Part shown: piece after piece, positions 12,121-24,220 of the stretch
Layout: each line of letters starts with the position of its first letter
How positions within the stretch are numbered: position 1 is the stretch's first letter
Source: Octopus sinensis
Lineage: Eukaryota
Length of the DNA stretch: 64,000 nt
Assembly (NCBI RefSeq): GCF_006345805.1
Contig: NC_043000.1
Location: 44,268,001-44,332,000 of the forward strand
Direction: 5' to 3'
Translations under genes and position numbers: made by a program
Notes under the pieces: generated by a model
The model's database searches: none
What the model saw: only the letters and a program-made list of their open reading frames with translations
Told to the model about the DNA's origin: nothing

Positions 12121-12244
12121 TACGTCATTGTAAGAAAAAAATTGATAACATTCTTCAGACATATTGACTCAAATATATATTTTTTAACCTTTTAAAACAA
12201 GCCTTCTGTATATCTTATATACAGAAACATATAGGTAAATATGT

Positions 12245-12270
12245 AGATAGATAGATAGATATATATATAT

Positions 12271-12350
<80 letters not shown>

Positions 12351-12378
12351 TTAGATAGATAGGCAGATAGATAGATCG
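12245..12378. repeat. (AGAT)n microsatellite
   Basis: Direct read. Confidence 0.95.
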
Positions 12379-12401
12379 ACAGAAGGACGGATAGACAGGT
12401 T

Positions 12402-12645
12402 CCATCCTTTGCATTTGCGACTATAGAGATAATGATGACCACTTCTGAGTGTCGTTGACAATGATCTGGACAAACCAAATATATTTCGAACATTTTAGTA
12501 GGTGGACAGTGGAATTCCAAATTTGTAACACTTTTTCACGCCCCATGCTAATATACACACATATATAAATATGCATACGTACATACACACACACACACAT
12601 ACATGCACACGCGCAAATATATGTAGAGTTAAACGGATAGATAAC
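12402..12645. repeat. Diverged direct duplicate of 9745-9970
   Basis: atcctttgcatttg(t/c)gac(g/t)ataga(a/g)ataatgat...atatatttcgaa...ttttagtag(a/g)tgg...aatacacacatat is shared and colinear. Confidence 0.85.
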
Positions 12646-13974
12646 ACTAAGTACAATTGTGATCGAATAATTTTGCTGCAACCGGCACTAGTGAGGTAAC
12701 TAACTACCTCAAGGCAAGACGAACAATTGGGAGGTTTTCCATTGAACTGGGAGGCCAGTAACACCAGGTTTTGAGAAAGTAATTTATCATAGAGAGACAG
12801 GATTACAGTTCTTGCTCTAGAGGCGATGTATGGCTACCATAGCTTAGATAAAATGAAAATCTAGTGGTAATGTAGCAAACCATCCCTCATCCTCTCCCTT
12901 GTAAATTATACTTATAAGTTTTGCTTCTCATATAGCTACTCTCTCCTGTCCTCAATCTTCCAGCCTTAGTAACTGGCCTATCTCTTTGCCGTTATAATCC
13001 TATCAAGCCTCCGTGTTCCACTATCATTATTCCTTCCACATATCCAGAACTTTGTCAGTAGGGACAGATTTGATCCGTATGACTTATTCAGTTCTCTCGC
13101 AAGATATATCATACGTACGCTCTCCTTAAAATAACCATAACTTTCACACACTCTTCAAAACATGTGAATTGGTAATTTTGACTATCTAGGAAGAATATTT
13201 TACGCTAGAACCCAGTAATTATATCGACAGATTATATATATATACTGATCTAAATATTTGGGCTGACCAATGTAAAATATCTTGCAAAAACTTAGCGTTG
13301 CACCAATATATCATAGATGCTCATTAATAGATATTTATATTGTCATTATAATAAGTAAATCATATATTAGCTTAAATATATAATTAGACGTTGTTCTGCT
13401 TGCGACTTAAAAGCATAAAAATCTGTCTCAATATGATATTTGGCAAAATGCATTCCAAATTCATTCAACTAGCTTGAAATATCACTCCTCTTATTCATTT
13501 CGCGATGGAGAGCAAAACGACGAGGATTTAGTCTTTCCAAAGTATCAACAATGAATCATATTCATAGTTTATTTCTAATACTATTGTGTTTAATATATTA
13601 TGGGCGAACATTTACTCAGCTTTCGTTCGATGTTAATATTAAATGGTTTCGTTCGATGTTAGTATTAAATGGTATTATACTTTAAAAAATGCATAACTTG
13701 TATTGTAATCATCAAACCTTAAACCAAATCCTATTATTTTTCCTTACACAATTACATATGTAAAAAGAAATAATGGAAAAAAATCCTGGTGAATGAATTA
13801 GAATAAATCATGATTTTGTATTCATAAATATCAAGTATTATTCATTTACTATTCACCAACAATAATAGAATTAGCTTAGAGCAAATGCATTTTTCATGCT
13901 TCCCACCTTGTATGAGGAATTGCTAAAAAAATTGTGGCCAGATTCCAAGTAACCTTTCCGTGGATGATGATGAT

Positions 13975-14122
13975 CTTCTTCTTCTTCTTCTGCTTCTTCT
14001 TCTTCTTCTTCTTCTTCTTCTTCTTCTTCTTCTTCTTCTTCTTCTTCTTCTTCTTCTTCTTCTTCTTCTTCTTCTTCTTCTTCCTTCTTCTTCTGCTTCT
14101 TCTTCTTCTTTTTTCTTCTTCT
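13975..14122. repeat. (CTT)n polypyrimidine microsatellite
   Basis: Direct read. Confidence 0.95.
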
Positions 14123-14948
14123 TCTGTAAAATATGTGTATACATATATTGGCCATTATATATGTGTGTGTGCAAATATATCTGTATGTACATGCATTCAC
14201 ACAGACATACAAATATTTATCTACTTGCATATGTATATACACACTCACACACATACACACACACATATATATATATATACATAGAGAGAGAGAGACCGAG
14301 AGACATAAAGAAGGAAGAGGGAAGAAAGGAAAAGGAAGAATGAAATGTACGCACTTTCATGTACATATACAATACACGCTCACATATAGTCTATGTTGCA
14401 TAAATACTATATGTCTATGATTTGAAGTGTACTGAAGTCTGCATCATTTGTACTACATTAAGTGCAGTATTCAACACAATATTTCCATCCGCGCATTAAT
14501 GAAAGACTTCACTCAAATATCTGTTCTTTTTATCACCTCTGAGATACAAATATTGCCCCAATCTGTGCTACTTAACCCAATTTCTTTATGGAACTGCTTT
14601 TGCTGTCTTCATTATTGCAATGATTTTTTTCCTAGCCCTTAGGTCTTGCCATAGACTATTTGATTTGTATTCATATAAAATGCAGTTCTTCTACGATGTT
14701 TGTTATTTATTTCAATATTTACATAAAGCGGATAATGTTATAACCAAATAGCATAACACTCTTTAAAAATATCGTACCTTAATTCATGTTTAATGTTTCT
14801 GGATATGCTACATTCATTAACATATTTTAATGCCCTTAAAACATAAAACTTACACATATACATAACAATAAACTTAACACTTTCAATCGCTGCGAAGATA
14901 TTTTTGGTGAAATTCTTATATTGAATGATACAACAGACCATTTCATCC

Positions 14949-14990
<42 letters not shown>

Positions 14991-15257
14991 TTAGCAATTA
15001 AGGACAACTACTTAATAAGGAAAACTTAACAAGAAATTGTCAGGTAGATAGCGTAAAAACCTCATAAGAGAAAAAATTTCGAAAATAATTATTTCTTATT
15101 GAACATATTAATTTATATATAGAGGGATTATACATACATGCCAGAAGGCATTATACATACATGCCAAACGCTAGAGGGACAATTAGTCATTTCTACCAAA
15201 AATATTACTAATCCCACGAATGCAATTTTTCAAAGTAAGACATTAAAAAAAAAATAT

Positions 15258-15305
15258 AGACCTGTATCACAGTGATTTCATAATTACGTACTCATCAGCA
15301 GGCCT
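15258..15305 (-). ncRNA. Type I hammerhead ribozyme, copy 1
   Basis: AGGCCTG CTGATGA GTAC gtaa TTAT GAA ATCAC t GTGAT A CAGGTCT; intact core, one stem II mismatch. Confidence 0.8.
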
Positions 15306-15826
15306 GAATGTATTATAAATAAACAACGACCCTGCCCCCTTAAGCCGATCAGCTAACTGCTCGACATCAACGAAGCACATGGGTGAGTTTACATATATTA
15401 CATCCGGATAAATGGCAAACTTTTACGAATTGCATTTCGGGAGAGGAAAAGTTTTTCGGAATAAAAATTAGCAATTAAGGACAACTACTTAATAAGGAAA
15501 ACTTAACAAGAAATTGTCAGGTAGATAGCGTAAAAACCTCATAAGAGAAAAAATTTCGAAAATAATTATTTCTATTGAACATATTAATTATATATAGAGG
15601 GCATTATACATACATGCCAGAAGGCATTATACATACATGCCAAACGCTAAGAGGGACAATAGTCATTTCTACCAAAAATATTACTAATCCCACCGAATGC
15701 AATTTTGTAAAAGTTTGTCATTATCCGGATGTAATATATGTAAACTCACCCATGTGCTTCGTTGATGTCGAGCAGTTAGCTGATCGCTTAAGCGGGGCAG
15801 GGTCGTTGTTTATTTATAATACATTC

Positions 15827-15873
15827 AGGCTGCTGATGAGTACGTAAGTATGAAATCACTGTGATACAGGTCT
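15827..15873 (+). ncRNA. Type I hammerhead ribozyme, copy 2
   Basis: AGGCTG CTGATGA GTAC gtaa GTAT GAA ATCAC t GTGAT A CAGGTCT; intact core, 1-nt deletion in stem I. Confidence 0.8.
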
Positions 15874-16299
15874 ATATTTTTTTAAATGTCTTACTTTGAA
15901 AAATTGCATTCGGTGGGATTAGTATATTTGGTAGAAATGACTAATTGTCCCTCTTAGCGTTTGGCATGTATGTATAATGCCTTCTGGCGTATGTATAATG
16001 CCCTCTATATATAAATTAATATGTCAATAAGAAATAATTATTTTCGAAATTTTTTCTCTTATGAGGTTTTTACGCTATCTACCTGACAATTTCTTGTTAA
16101 GTTTTCCTTATTAAGTAGTTGTCCTTAATTGCTAAATTTTTATTCCGAAAAAACTTTTCCTCTCCCGAAATGCAATTCGTAAAAGTTTGCCATTTATCCG
16201 GATGTAATATATGTAAACTCACCCATGTGCTTCGTTGATGTCGAGCAGTTAGCTGATCGGCTTAAGCGGGGCAGGGTCGTGTTTATTTATAATACATTC

Positions 16300-16346
16300 A
16301 GGCCTGCTGATGAGTACGTAAGTATGAATCACTGTGATACAGGTCT
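16300..16346 (+). ncRNA. Type I hammerhead ribozyme, copy 3
   Basis: AGGCCTG CTGATGA GTAC gtaa GTAT GAA TCAC t GTGAT A CAGGTCT; one A is missing from GAAA. Confidence 0.7.
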
Positions 16347-16632
16347 ATATTTTTTTAAATGTCTTACTTTGAAAAATGCATTCGGTGGGATTAGTAATAT
16401 TTTTGGTAGAAATGACTAATTGTCCCTCTTAGCGTTTGGCATGTATGTATAATGCCTTCTGGCATGTATGTATAATGCCCTCTATATATAAATTATATAT
16501 ATATATATGTTAATATGTGTGTGTGCGTGCGTGTGAGGGTGGGTTCGATGGATGTCTGTAGGTATGTGTACGTGTATGCTTGTATGCATAAATGCATAAA
16601 TGTATGTGTAGGTATATATATATATATATATT

Positions 16633-16811
16633 CACGGTGAAAGCTGAAAAATTTCATTTTGGGAGGATAAACGAAACTAAGGATAATCAGGTGATTATGG
16701 TTTTATGTAACACATTCTCTTCTCGGACTGACACACTTTTACCAGCGGAACTTCGTTTTTTCTAAACCCTTTAAAAGAACACTTAAAGCCAGGAACATCT
16801 CAGTCTCCGTA
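16633..16811. mobile_element. Short mariner-derived non-autonomous remnant
   Basis: The ends cacggtgaaagctgaaaa.. and ..aaagccaggaacatctcagtctccgta resemble degenerate mariner-type TIRs, in a TA context. Confidence 0.45.
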
Positions 16812-17286
16812 GTATATGCACGTGTGTGTACTTGTATATTTATGAATTTATAATTATTCGTAGATTTGCGTACTTATATGCATACACATAAACACACACA
16901 CACTCACACACGCACATACATTAAAAACATAGGGAAAATGTGTTGATAATATTAATATGGATAAGTGAAGTTATTTTCCTATCTAGCAAAATAGGGCTAT
17001 GTTTCTAATGACTTAAAAAGTAAAGATGAAATTTTAATTGAATAAATTAGATTTCTTTACTCTACCATGGTAAGAGTTTTGGAAGATTCGATTGATTTTC
17101 AACATGACAAAATTGTCTTCTTACTTCACTGGAACGGGAAGTATCAACGTTTTGATAAAAATAGTTAATTGTTTTCTATAATTACTAATAAAATTTTGAA
17201 CGACTTTCTTTTGTCATAAATAAATTTACACATGTAAAACGTCTTAAAATGTTAATATGTATAATACATGCATGTGTATGTTTGCA

Positions 17287-17341
<55 letters not shown>

Positions 17342-17478
17342 CTGTTGTTGAAAATGCACCTAAATTTCAAAATCTCGTAAATGTTTAAAATACATTTATT
17401 TACATACATACCAAACTAGTTTCAACAATATTTTTCTCTATCAATGGTAAAAGTTTAAAATTAGAAAAAATATCTCTA

Positions 17479-17582
17479 AAAGTTTTAATGTTGACAAATT
17501 AAAATGTTTCAGTGTTGACAAACTAAAATGTTTCAATGTTAATAGATTAAAATGTTTCAATGTTGATAAATTAACATGTTCA
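17479..17582. repeat. 24-bp minisatellite, about 4 copies
   Basis: Unit aaaatgtttcaatgttgacaaatt with variants; gives HFNLSTLK repeats in the minus ORF. Confidence 0.85.
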
Positions 17583-17749
17583 AAACAGGGGTAACTTTGA
17601 ATGTTCATAGCAATGAATATCAATTTGTTCGAATGTACAAAGTTCATTAATTTTAGTGGTGGTCGATAAGTCATGCTGAAAAAAAACAAGAGTGAAATGA
17701 AAATAGTAAAAAGAAATGGGAATTTGGTTTGCAGTTTCTCTGATCCGCT

Positions 17750-18535
17750 TCCAATTGACGCTTTCGTTTGTAGTGGCATGTTTAGGGATCAGATGAATTT
17801 ATAATTTTGTTTTTCCGCGAGCGGATCTGATTTTTGATTCGTTAACATACTGGTGACGTTTCTTTTCCGTGGTCAAACCTGTCGTTCTGCTTGGTTGGTC
17901 TCCTTGTGGATACGGTCGTTCCGCTTGGTTGGTTGGTTCTCTTCACGGGTCATTTTCGCTGTATTCGCTGAAGTTCAGTTTTGATTGGTCAGGAGTTAGA
18001 TGACGTCAAGAACTTGTGTCTGTAGAATTTCATTGGACTGGAGGTGGGTGACATCGGCAATTAGTGCTTGTATGGTGATTTGGAGTTGCGGTTTCGGAAC
18101 CCAGGTTGAAGATTGTTACTAAAGTTAAAAAAAAAATATTGTGCCTGGTTGTTTTTGTGTTGGAATTGAGCCTTTTTTCTTTTCTTCCGACTGCTTTTTC
18201 TTCTATCTAAAGGATATTCAGCTATGGTTTAGTCAGTATGTTTTCGTTATTGGGTTGAAGTGTTACCATTGCATTGAATGAGAGGGAAGATTTGGTATTT
18301 AGGTTTTATGTCTTCGGGGCATTGGTCTACGTGCTTGCTTACTGGAAATTTCCTAGTGGTGTGGTCCCGGATTTGTTGCATATGCACCGTAAGTCTATCC
18401 CTCAAAGTTAAGCTAGTTTGACCAATATAGTCACTACTACAACTTCCACATTTAAGAACATAGATTAAATTCTTCGAAGCACAGGTGAAGTCATATTTTA
18501 TGGTAAAAGTTTGACCTGTCGTAAACTTGTATTTT
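17750..18535 (-). mobile_element. PLE 3' fragment with GIY-YIG (Neptune-like) and 3' UTR
   Basis: Minus strand: KYKFTTGQTFTIKYDFTCASKNLIYVLKCGSCSSDYIGQTSLTLRDRLTVHMQQIRDHTTRKFPVSKHVDQC...YQIFP, truncated 5' at (TA)n. Confidence 0.9.
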
Positions 18536-18537
18536 GT

Positions 18538-18586
<49 letters not shown>

Positions 18587-19046
18587 ACATGAGCGTAATG
18601 GTATTATTTGAAGTAGTGCTACTCACCATCTCTTATAATATTTGATGCATTATGTGTGTTGAGCGAAAAACGATTCAAGGAGAGTTAAATATAAATCAGA
18701 AACGATAATGGTGAATAATTCATACGAATAAGATTGTCACCACTCTGATTATGTTTTTTACTAGATAAAAAGATATATCTTTTGTGTTTCAATTTTTACA
18801 CCAAGAAGAAAATATATCCATAATGAAGATTCACATCTGATTAGAACCTAAATATCACAGAAAAATAATTCACATTGTTTTTCGTTGTGTCTTTTATACA
18901 ACACATTGTGTCAATTGCTTAACATGTAGCACACATTTCCAATTAGAGACGTGAGAGATATCTAATGTATAGCACCTGCATTCCTCGCATAACCCACTTT
19001 TCTTGGCATTCCAAAAGGTAGATTTCAACGTTTGTTTTACGAGTTA

Positions 19047-19250
19047 AGGCGGCAAATTGGGTGAATCCTTAGTACGCCTAGCAAAATGCTTAGCAGTATT
19101 TCGTCCATCTTTACGTTCTGAGTTCAAATTCTGCTGAATTCGGCTTTGCTTTCATATTTCGAGGTCGATAAAGTATGTACCACTCAAGTCCAGGTGCCAA
19201 TGTAGTAGAATTTCCCATTCCCCGAAATTTCTGACCTTGAACCAAAATTT
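19047..19250 (+). mobile_element. Diverged tRNA-derived SINE of a second family (Meta/MESC-domain-like)
   Basis: aggcggcaaattgg...gttctgagttcaaattc...gctttcatatttcgaggtcgataaagtatgtacc; homologous to 52700-52929. Confidence 0.75.
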
Positions 19251-22200
19251 ATATTTTCAAATATAAACCTCTTCTAAAATTTAAGTTTCTTGGCACAAAA
19301 TACTTTAAGTCTCTTTATTCAATATGATTATTACTGCTTCTTATAACTGTATCTGTAAAAAATTAGTTGAAAATGGAATTTGTAAGTTTTAAAGGAATCG
19401 TTGTATCCGTGCTATGTTACTTATTTGTCTTGTATTCTCTGGCTTCTGTTTCAATTTTTTTTGTTACTTATCAGTTTGATAAAAAATGTGTATCATTTGG
19501 AATGCAAAATGAACGATTTTGAAGCGAAATGAAAGACATGAAGTTTTTAATTACCAAGCGCAGTTGTTTCACAAACGTCATGGATAAATAAAAACTAACA
19601 GCTATTTCTTTTTGGAAGAAACTACTGAATTACAATTTAATCCGATTAAATCATCAAATGTGTCCTTGATTTTGCTCAGTAAAATGTAACAAGCGTTCGA
19701 AAGCAAGTATATCGCATCATTAGAATTTCATTCGGAACAAATTATATGTAACTAAACCATTCCAAGATAGATTGAGGAGGGTACGAATTAAATTTTATAT
19801 TACTTGTTGCAAATTAAATTCTACAATACTTCCTCCTCACATTGAGTTAGAAATTGATATTACCTAAATATTTGATTACAATTACAATTATTTTTAGCTG
19901 TGTTTACATTTTGGAACTAACAGGCAGGAGAATGACATTTCAAAGAACAGCATTGAACAATGAAATACTGACAAGTTTCACAGAGAGTGATATTTTCTTT
20001 TTACCCAGCTGTACATCTTGTGCTAAATGTAAGAGCTAGACAGGTTGCAGATTTATATGTTCTCATGAACTAGTGAAATCATCACTAAATTGGTTACTAA
20101 GAACAGAAATGTGCGTTGAGGTTAGAAGTGTTATATTTTTCCTAAAACTATTAATTTTCCTCAGCAAGTCAGACATGGACTAACATTTAAATTCCCACAA
20201 GCCAACACAATTGTCTCAGAAACACGGTATATTATGGTGCATGTCTGTCAGTCTTTTCTGAGACAAGGAATACTGAAGGAGAGGTAGGAAAATTGCTATT
20301 TTTTTATTTTCTGTTGTATATAAAGCATTGTAATGAAACACCGGGGAAAGTATTGCTTTGATGGAAGACAATTTTAGTAATAGAATTCGAAACATATTTT
20401 TATATCGTTAAGAATCATATGTCCAAACACATTCAAATATCTTCTTATATATTTCTATCCTATAAATACGGTCTTATGTAAAACACAAGTGCCTCAATAT
20501 ATTCTGTTATGAAATTTTAATTTCATACATATTACAGAGAAGTCAACAAACATGTCGATTGGATATATAGTGGATTATTAATTGACAATGTCTGTAAAAA
20601 TCGAATTTCAAATATCATTCTAATATCTTGGGTATTGGAAATAATAGCTGTCATGCTGTTTTTCTTGGGAAAGCAATCTGCTTGACTTTATGCTTTTAAA
20701 CAAACGCCTGGTTGTAAGAACACCAATAAGCAATAGAGTTACTGAGGTATGTGAATTCAGAATAAGATGTAGAATATTTATTAGCTTACATATAAAACAC
20801 AATAAAACTTGTCTTTGTCGATCTGATTTTGTCTATATAAATTTCCTTCCTGTCAAGTGTACAATCTATCCAATCACTTGCAGGCCACGTATGAGCTACA
20901 ACGGATTTCTTGCAGTTTGCATGTGACTTTTCTGATTCTAAGAGATAGTCAATCCTTTTATCTGTTCATAGAAATTGATATAGATTTGGCACCAATAGAT
21001 ACGAATTAATCAGATTATTGAAGGTTAGAATAACTAGCGTTGCTTACAGAATTGATGATAATGAAATAAATTCTATGAAAGAAACCACTCCATCACAGTT
21101 AACGAAAGTAAGGTTAGTACTTAGAGAATATATCAAACGTTGAGAACTGGCACGATTAATTGAAAAGAGGTTAAAGCTGCTGGTATTTATTACAAGCACA
21201 TTTTGTAACAGTCACAGGAGAGAGATATTTCATTGAATAATGTAATCTAACAATCGCGACACCAGAAAATACAATGTCATGTAATTACATTGCTACTAAA
21301 TTAGACACGAATTATCTTTACTACGATGTACAGAAGGAGTAGAAATAATGCTAATAATTCTTCAGAATATATAGCAAATTTGTTGATTGTAATACATGTA
21401 TCGGCTGCTTACTCTATCTTAAAAAGCACAACCATCTACTGTATATGGTGCATTTATTTGGCTCTGCCTTTGTAAAATTACAGACAGCTGAAATTACTAG
21501 AAATCTGCCCGAACACTAGACGTGTTCATATGATGATGTCATCCTTAAGATCTTTCCATAAATGTCCCTGACGATCTTCCAACAGACAGGCTGAAATGCC
21601 TATATTTTGCATCAAAGTCAGGTACCAATTGATAATCTTCTCCGCAGCTCTTCGAAGAGGTTTATTGGTTTGCAGTTTTGAGCTGAAATTCTCCCGTAGT
21701 CATGTCTCAAAGTGAAACCTATTTCTATCTCTTCTAATGTGCTTACTTATTTCATATGAATTTATATTCATCTTTAAAAATTCTTGAAAGTTCAATGATG
21801 TATTGGCCTTGCAATATTATTCGTAAATATTTATACGTAACTTGATGTGAAGTTAATGTAGCATTTAGGAAATTAATAAAAGCCGCTAGAAGCAAAAAAA
21901 AAAAAACCATTAACTACTATTTTTGCCTACTACGTTTGCTGCTATTCATTTGGACTACTATTTTTGTGTTTTTTTATGTTTCGAGCCCCTGAATATGTTG
22001 CATACAAAAATATTTTTGCATTTTAAAATATCCATGGTGTGTTGTGTGCTCGACACATTGGCCAAATATGAACTGAAATTACTTTCAGTTACTCAGATGC
22101 CATTAATTCCATTTAAAGTAGAATGAATTTAATAAATTTCGAATACTTTTTTGAAACTGCTAAAATTCTATGAATTTTTGTTGACAACGTCACAGAAACA

Positions 22201-22779
22201 AGACACAAATACGAGTAACTTAGTTTTATAAATCATAATTTATATATTGGGAGGGAAATAATTTAATTAAACGGAAGGCTTTAGGAAAGTTCTAGATAAC
22301 CAGTGCTACAAGTAATTAAAAATGAATAAATAAATAAATAAATTATGAAATTTTTAAGTAATTCACGATCCTGTCACTAAGAATGTTTCGGTCGTTTCTG
22401 CCAAAATCATTTTTGCGAATTTAAAACATGACTTGGTAGAGTAACAAAATGGAAATGGGACGAAAGATTGAAGGGAGAGAAGGAACTAAATTACGCGAAA
22501 CAATGCCTTCGAGGAAGGTCTAAAAATCATTAATAAAGAGGAAAAATATATTTTGTAGGGGAAGATCTGGAGAAAATACAGAAAATCTTAGGCAGTTTTG
22601 ATCAAGTAAGAAAATGTATAAAAATTGATGGGTTATACGTAAATGAAAAATCGAACATCTTATTTTTTTAGAGGAGTCGGTGGTGATTCCGAAAGTGTTG
22701 AATATTACCAAACTAAGAAAAAGCTCTAATTTTTGCTAGATCTGCGATGTAAGTCTCGGATGATAAGAGATATCATGAA

Positions 22780-24220
22780 ATTACATAGATATAACTTGAT
22801 GCTCAGTTCGACAGGTTTGTATTTGTAAAGCAATCAATGATGAGCCACAAACCACTGACTTATAAGTGGTAGTTATTGAGGTGCATTTATTGACATTCGT
22901 AATAACACAAATGTTGCTTGAAATCCTTTGCCAAACTCTCCAAATCACCATGCGCATTAAAACGTTACGTCCTCTCAATAGTAGTGCGTGACAATGCTAA
23001 TGCCTTTACATCAATAAATATGATGACAAACGCAGCATTAAATTTGATATACTTGCATTCAGTGGGATATGGTTTATACTTCATCCTTCAATCCCGTACA
23101 CTTACGAGAAAAACACCCCACAAAGGAAACACCTTTTTATTATATATTGAAAGGAAATTGACAAACGTATGTTGAAGATAAAGAGGAAAACTACATTCGA
23201 ATGCCAAAGAAAAAAACATTGCTGCTAAGTACAATTCAAATAAGCACATTATCGAATGTGCCCATATTCACTGAGCGTTAAATGAATTATATTGCATATA
23301 CATACTCAGATATGAGACATCAGACACGGCTATAAGTCGGTGTCACGCTATTTCCGCTGCTCTACGTCTTATTAATTACATCTTTGTTCGGACTATGTTT
23401 GCACAGAGTGCATTCGGATTCCCGCCATCGCCGTGGACAGAAGTATATTTTCTCCCTTCGCTCCTTTGTGCCACATTGACTCAACTCACCTCATACACTA
23501 GAACTGACCACTTCTCAGCACTAACACAACACATCATCCACATACACACAAGCACCAATACCGTCACCACATATACCACTATATGAGAGTCACACACACT
23601 TTTTCACTCAGTGCACACACCACACATCATCATGCACTCTTGCACCTGACACAAGCACATAATACCTGAACAGAGACAATGTATACATACATAGAAAAAG
23701 ATGACATTCGCTAACATACATACATCATACACAAGTACACCGTTTGCTCATAACAAATTCACGTGCGCACACATCATGTGAAAAAGCATACATGAACTGC
23801 TGCACACAACACACACATACACACACATTGCACGCGCACACTCTCACACACGTCAGATTCACTCGCCCCTATTCGCACATGCACACACACTCACGCACTA
23901 TTCTCACATAGATACGCACGCACACCTTCTCTTCTTGGGATCATAAGCACTATTATTATCTCCCTTTCATTCAACCTGCTGTTTTCATTATTATCGCTCT
24001 TACTTTCAACCTATTTTTTGTAATCCACTGCCTTGTTTGACCGCTGAACTCTACACGTTTTTTTCACTCTCCCTTTGTTCATTTCTTCTTGAAGAGCGTA
24101 GGCTTGAACTTAAAAGACAGTTTTCATTTTCCCAGAACGTGTAACTAATACACGTGCTTGTTGTTTATGCATTTGTCCTATTATTTTGTTTTTATTTTTT
24201 CTAAAACTTTCAACTATATA
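22780..24220 (+). mobile_element. Heavily decayed PLE-like relic (RT C-terminal/thumb traces, CA-rich tail)
   Basis: KPLTYK, EILCQTLQITM and HSVGYGLYFILQSRT resemble PLE RT motifs; a degenerate gaagagcgtaggcttgaacttaaaaga lies near 24090. Confidence 0.4.

Larger units (their letters stand above)
14987..16495. mobile_element. Tandem plus inverted array of a 474-bp HHR-containing unit (pseudo-LTR / retrozyme-like)
   Basis: About 1.5 units on minus (14987-15706) are joined to about 1.7 units on plus (15707-16495). CTGATGA occurs at 15833 and 16307, giving a 474-bp period. Both ends abut (TA)n. Confidence 0.85.

Noticed and set aside
12692-12711. TGAGGTAGT (let-7-like 5' end) in a small hairpin on minus
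   Set aside because: Only 9 nt match, and the hairpin is a 7-bp stem with a 6-nt loop, far too short for a pre-miRNA.
13621-13673. 26-bp tandem duplication (a similar 21-bp one at 33601-33642)
   Set aside because: These are ordinary two-copy slippage duplications with no spacers, so they are not CRISPR-like and imply no function.
17745-17800. Possible HHR in the 3' UTR of the 17.8-18.5 kb PLE (ctgatcc...gaaagcgtc on minus)
   Set aside because: The core is incomplete and there is no stem I or II pairing.
24085-24118. HHR-like cttgaagagcgtaggcttgaacttaaaaga
   Set aside because: Stem II is recognisable but both core segments and stem I are broken. At best a relic, and not callable.
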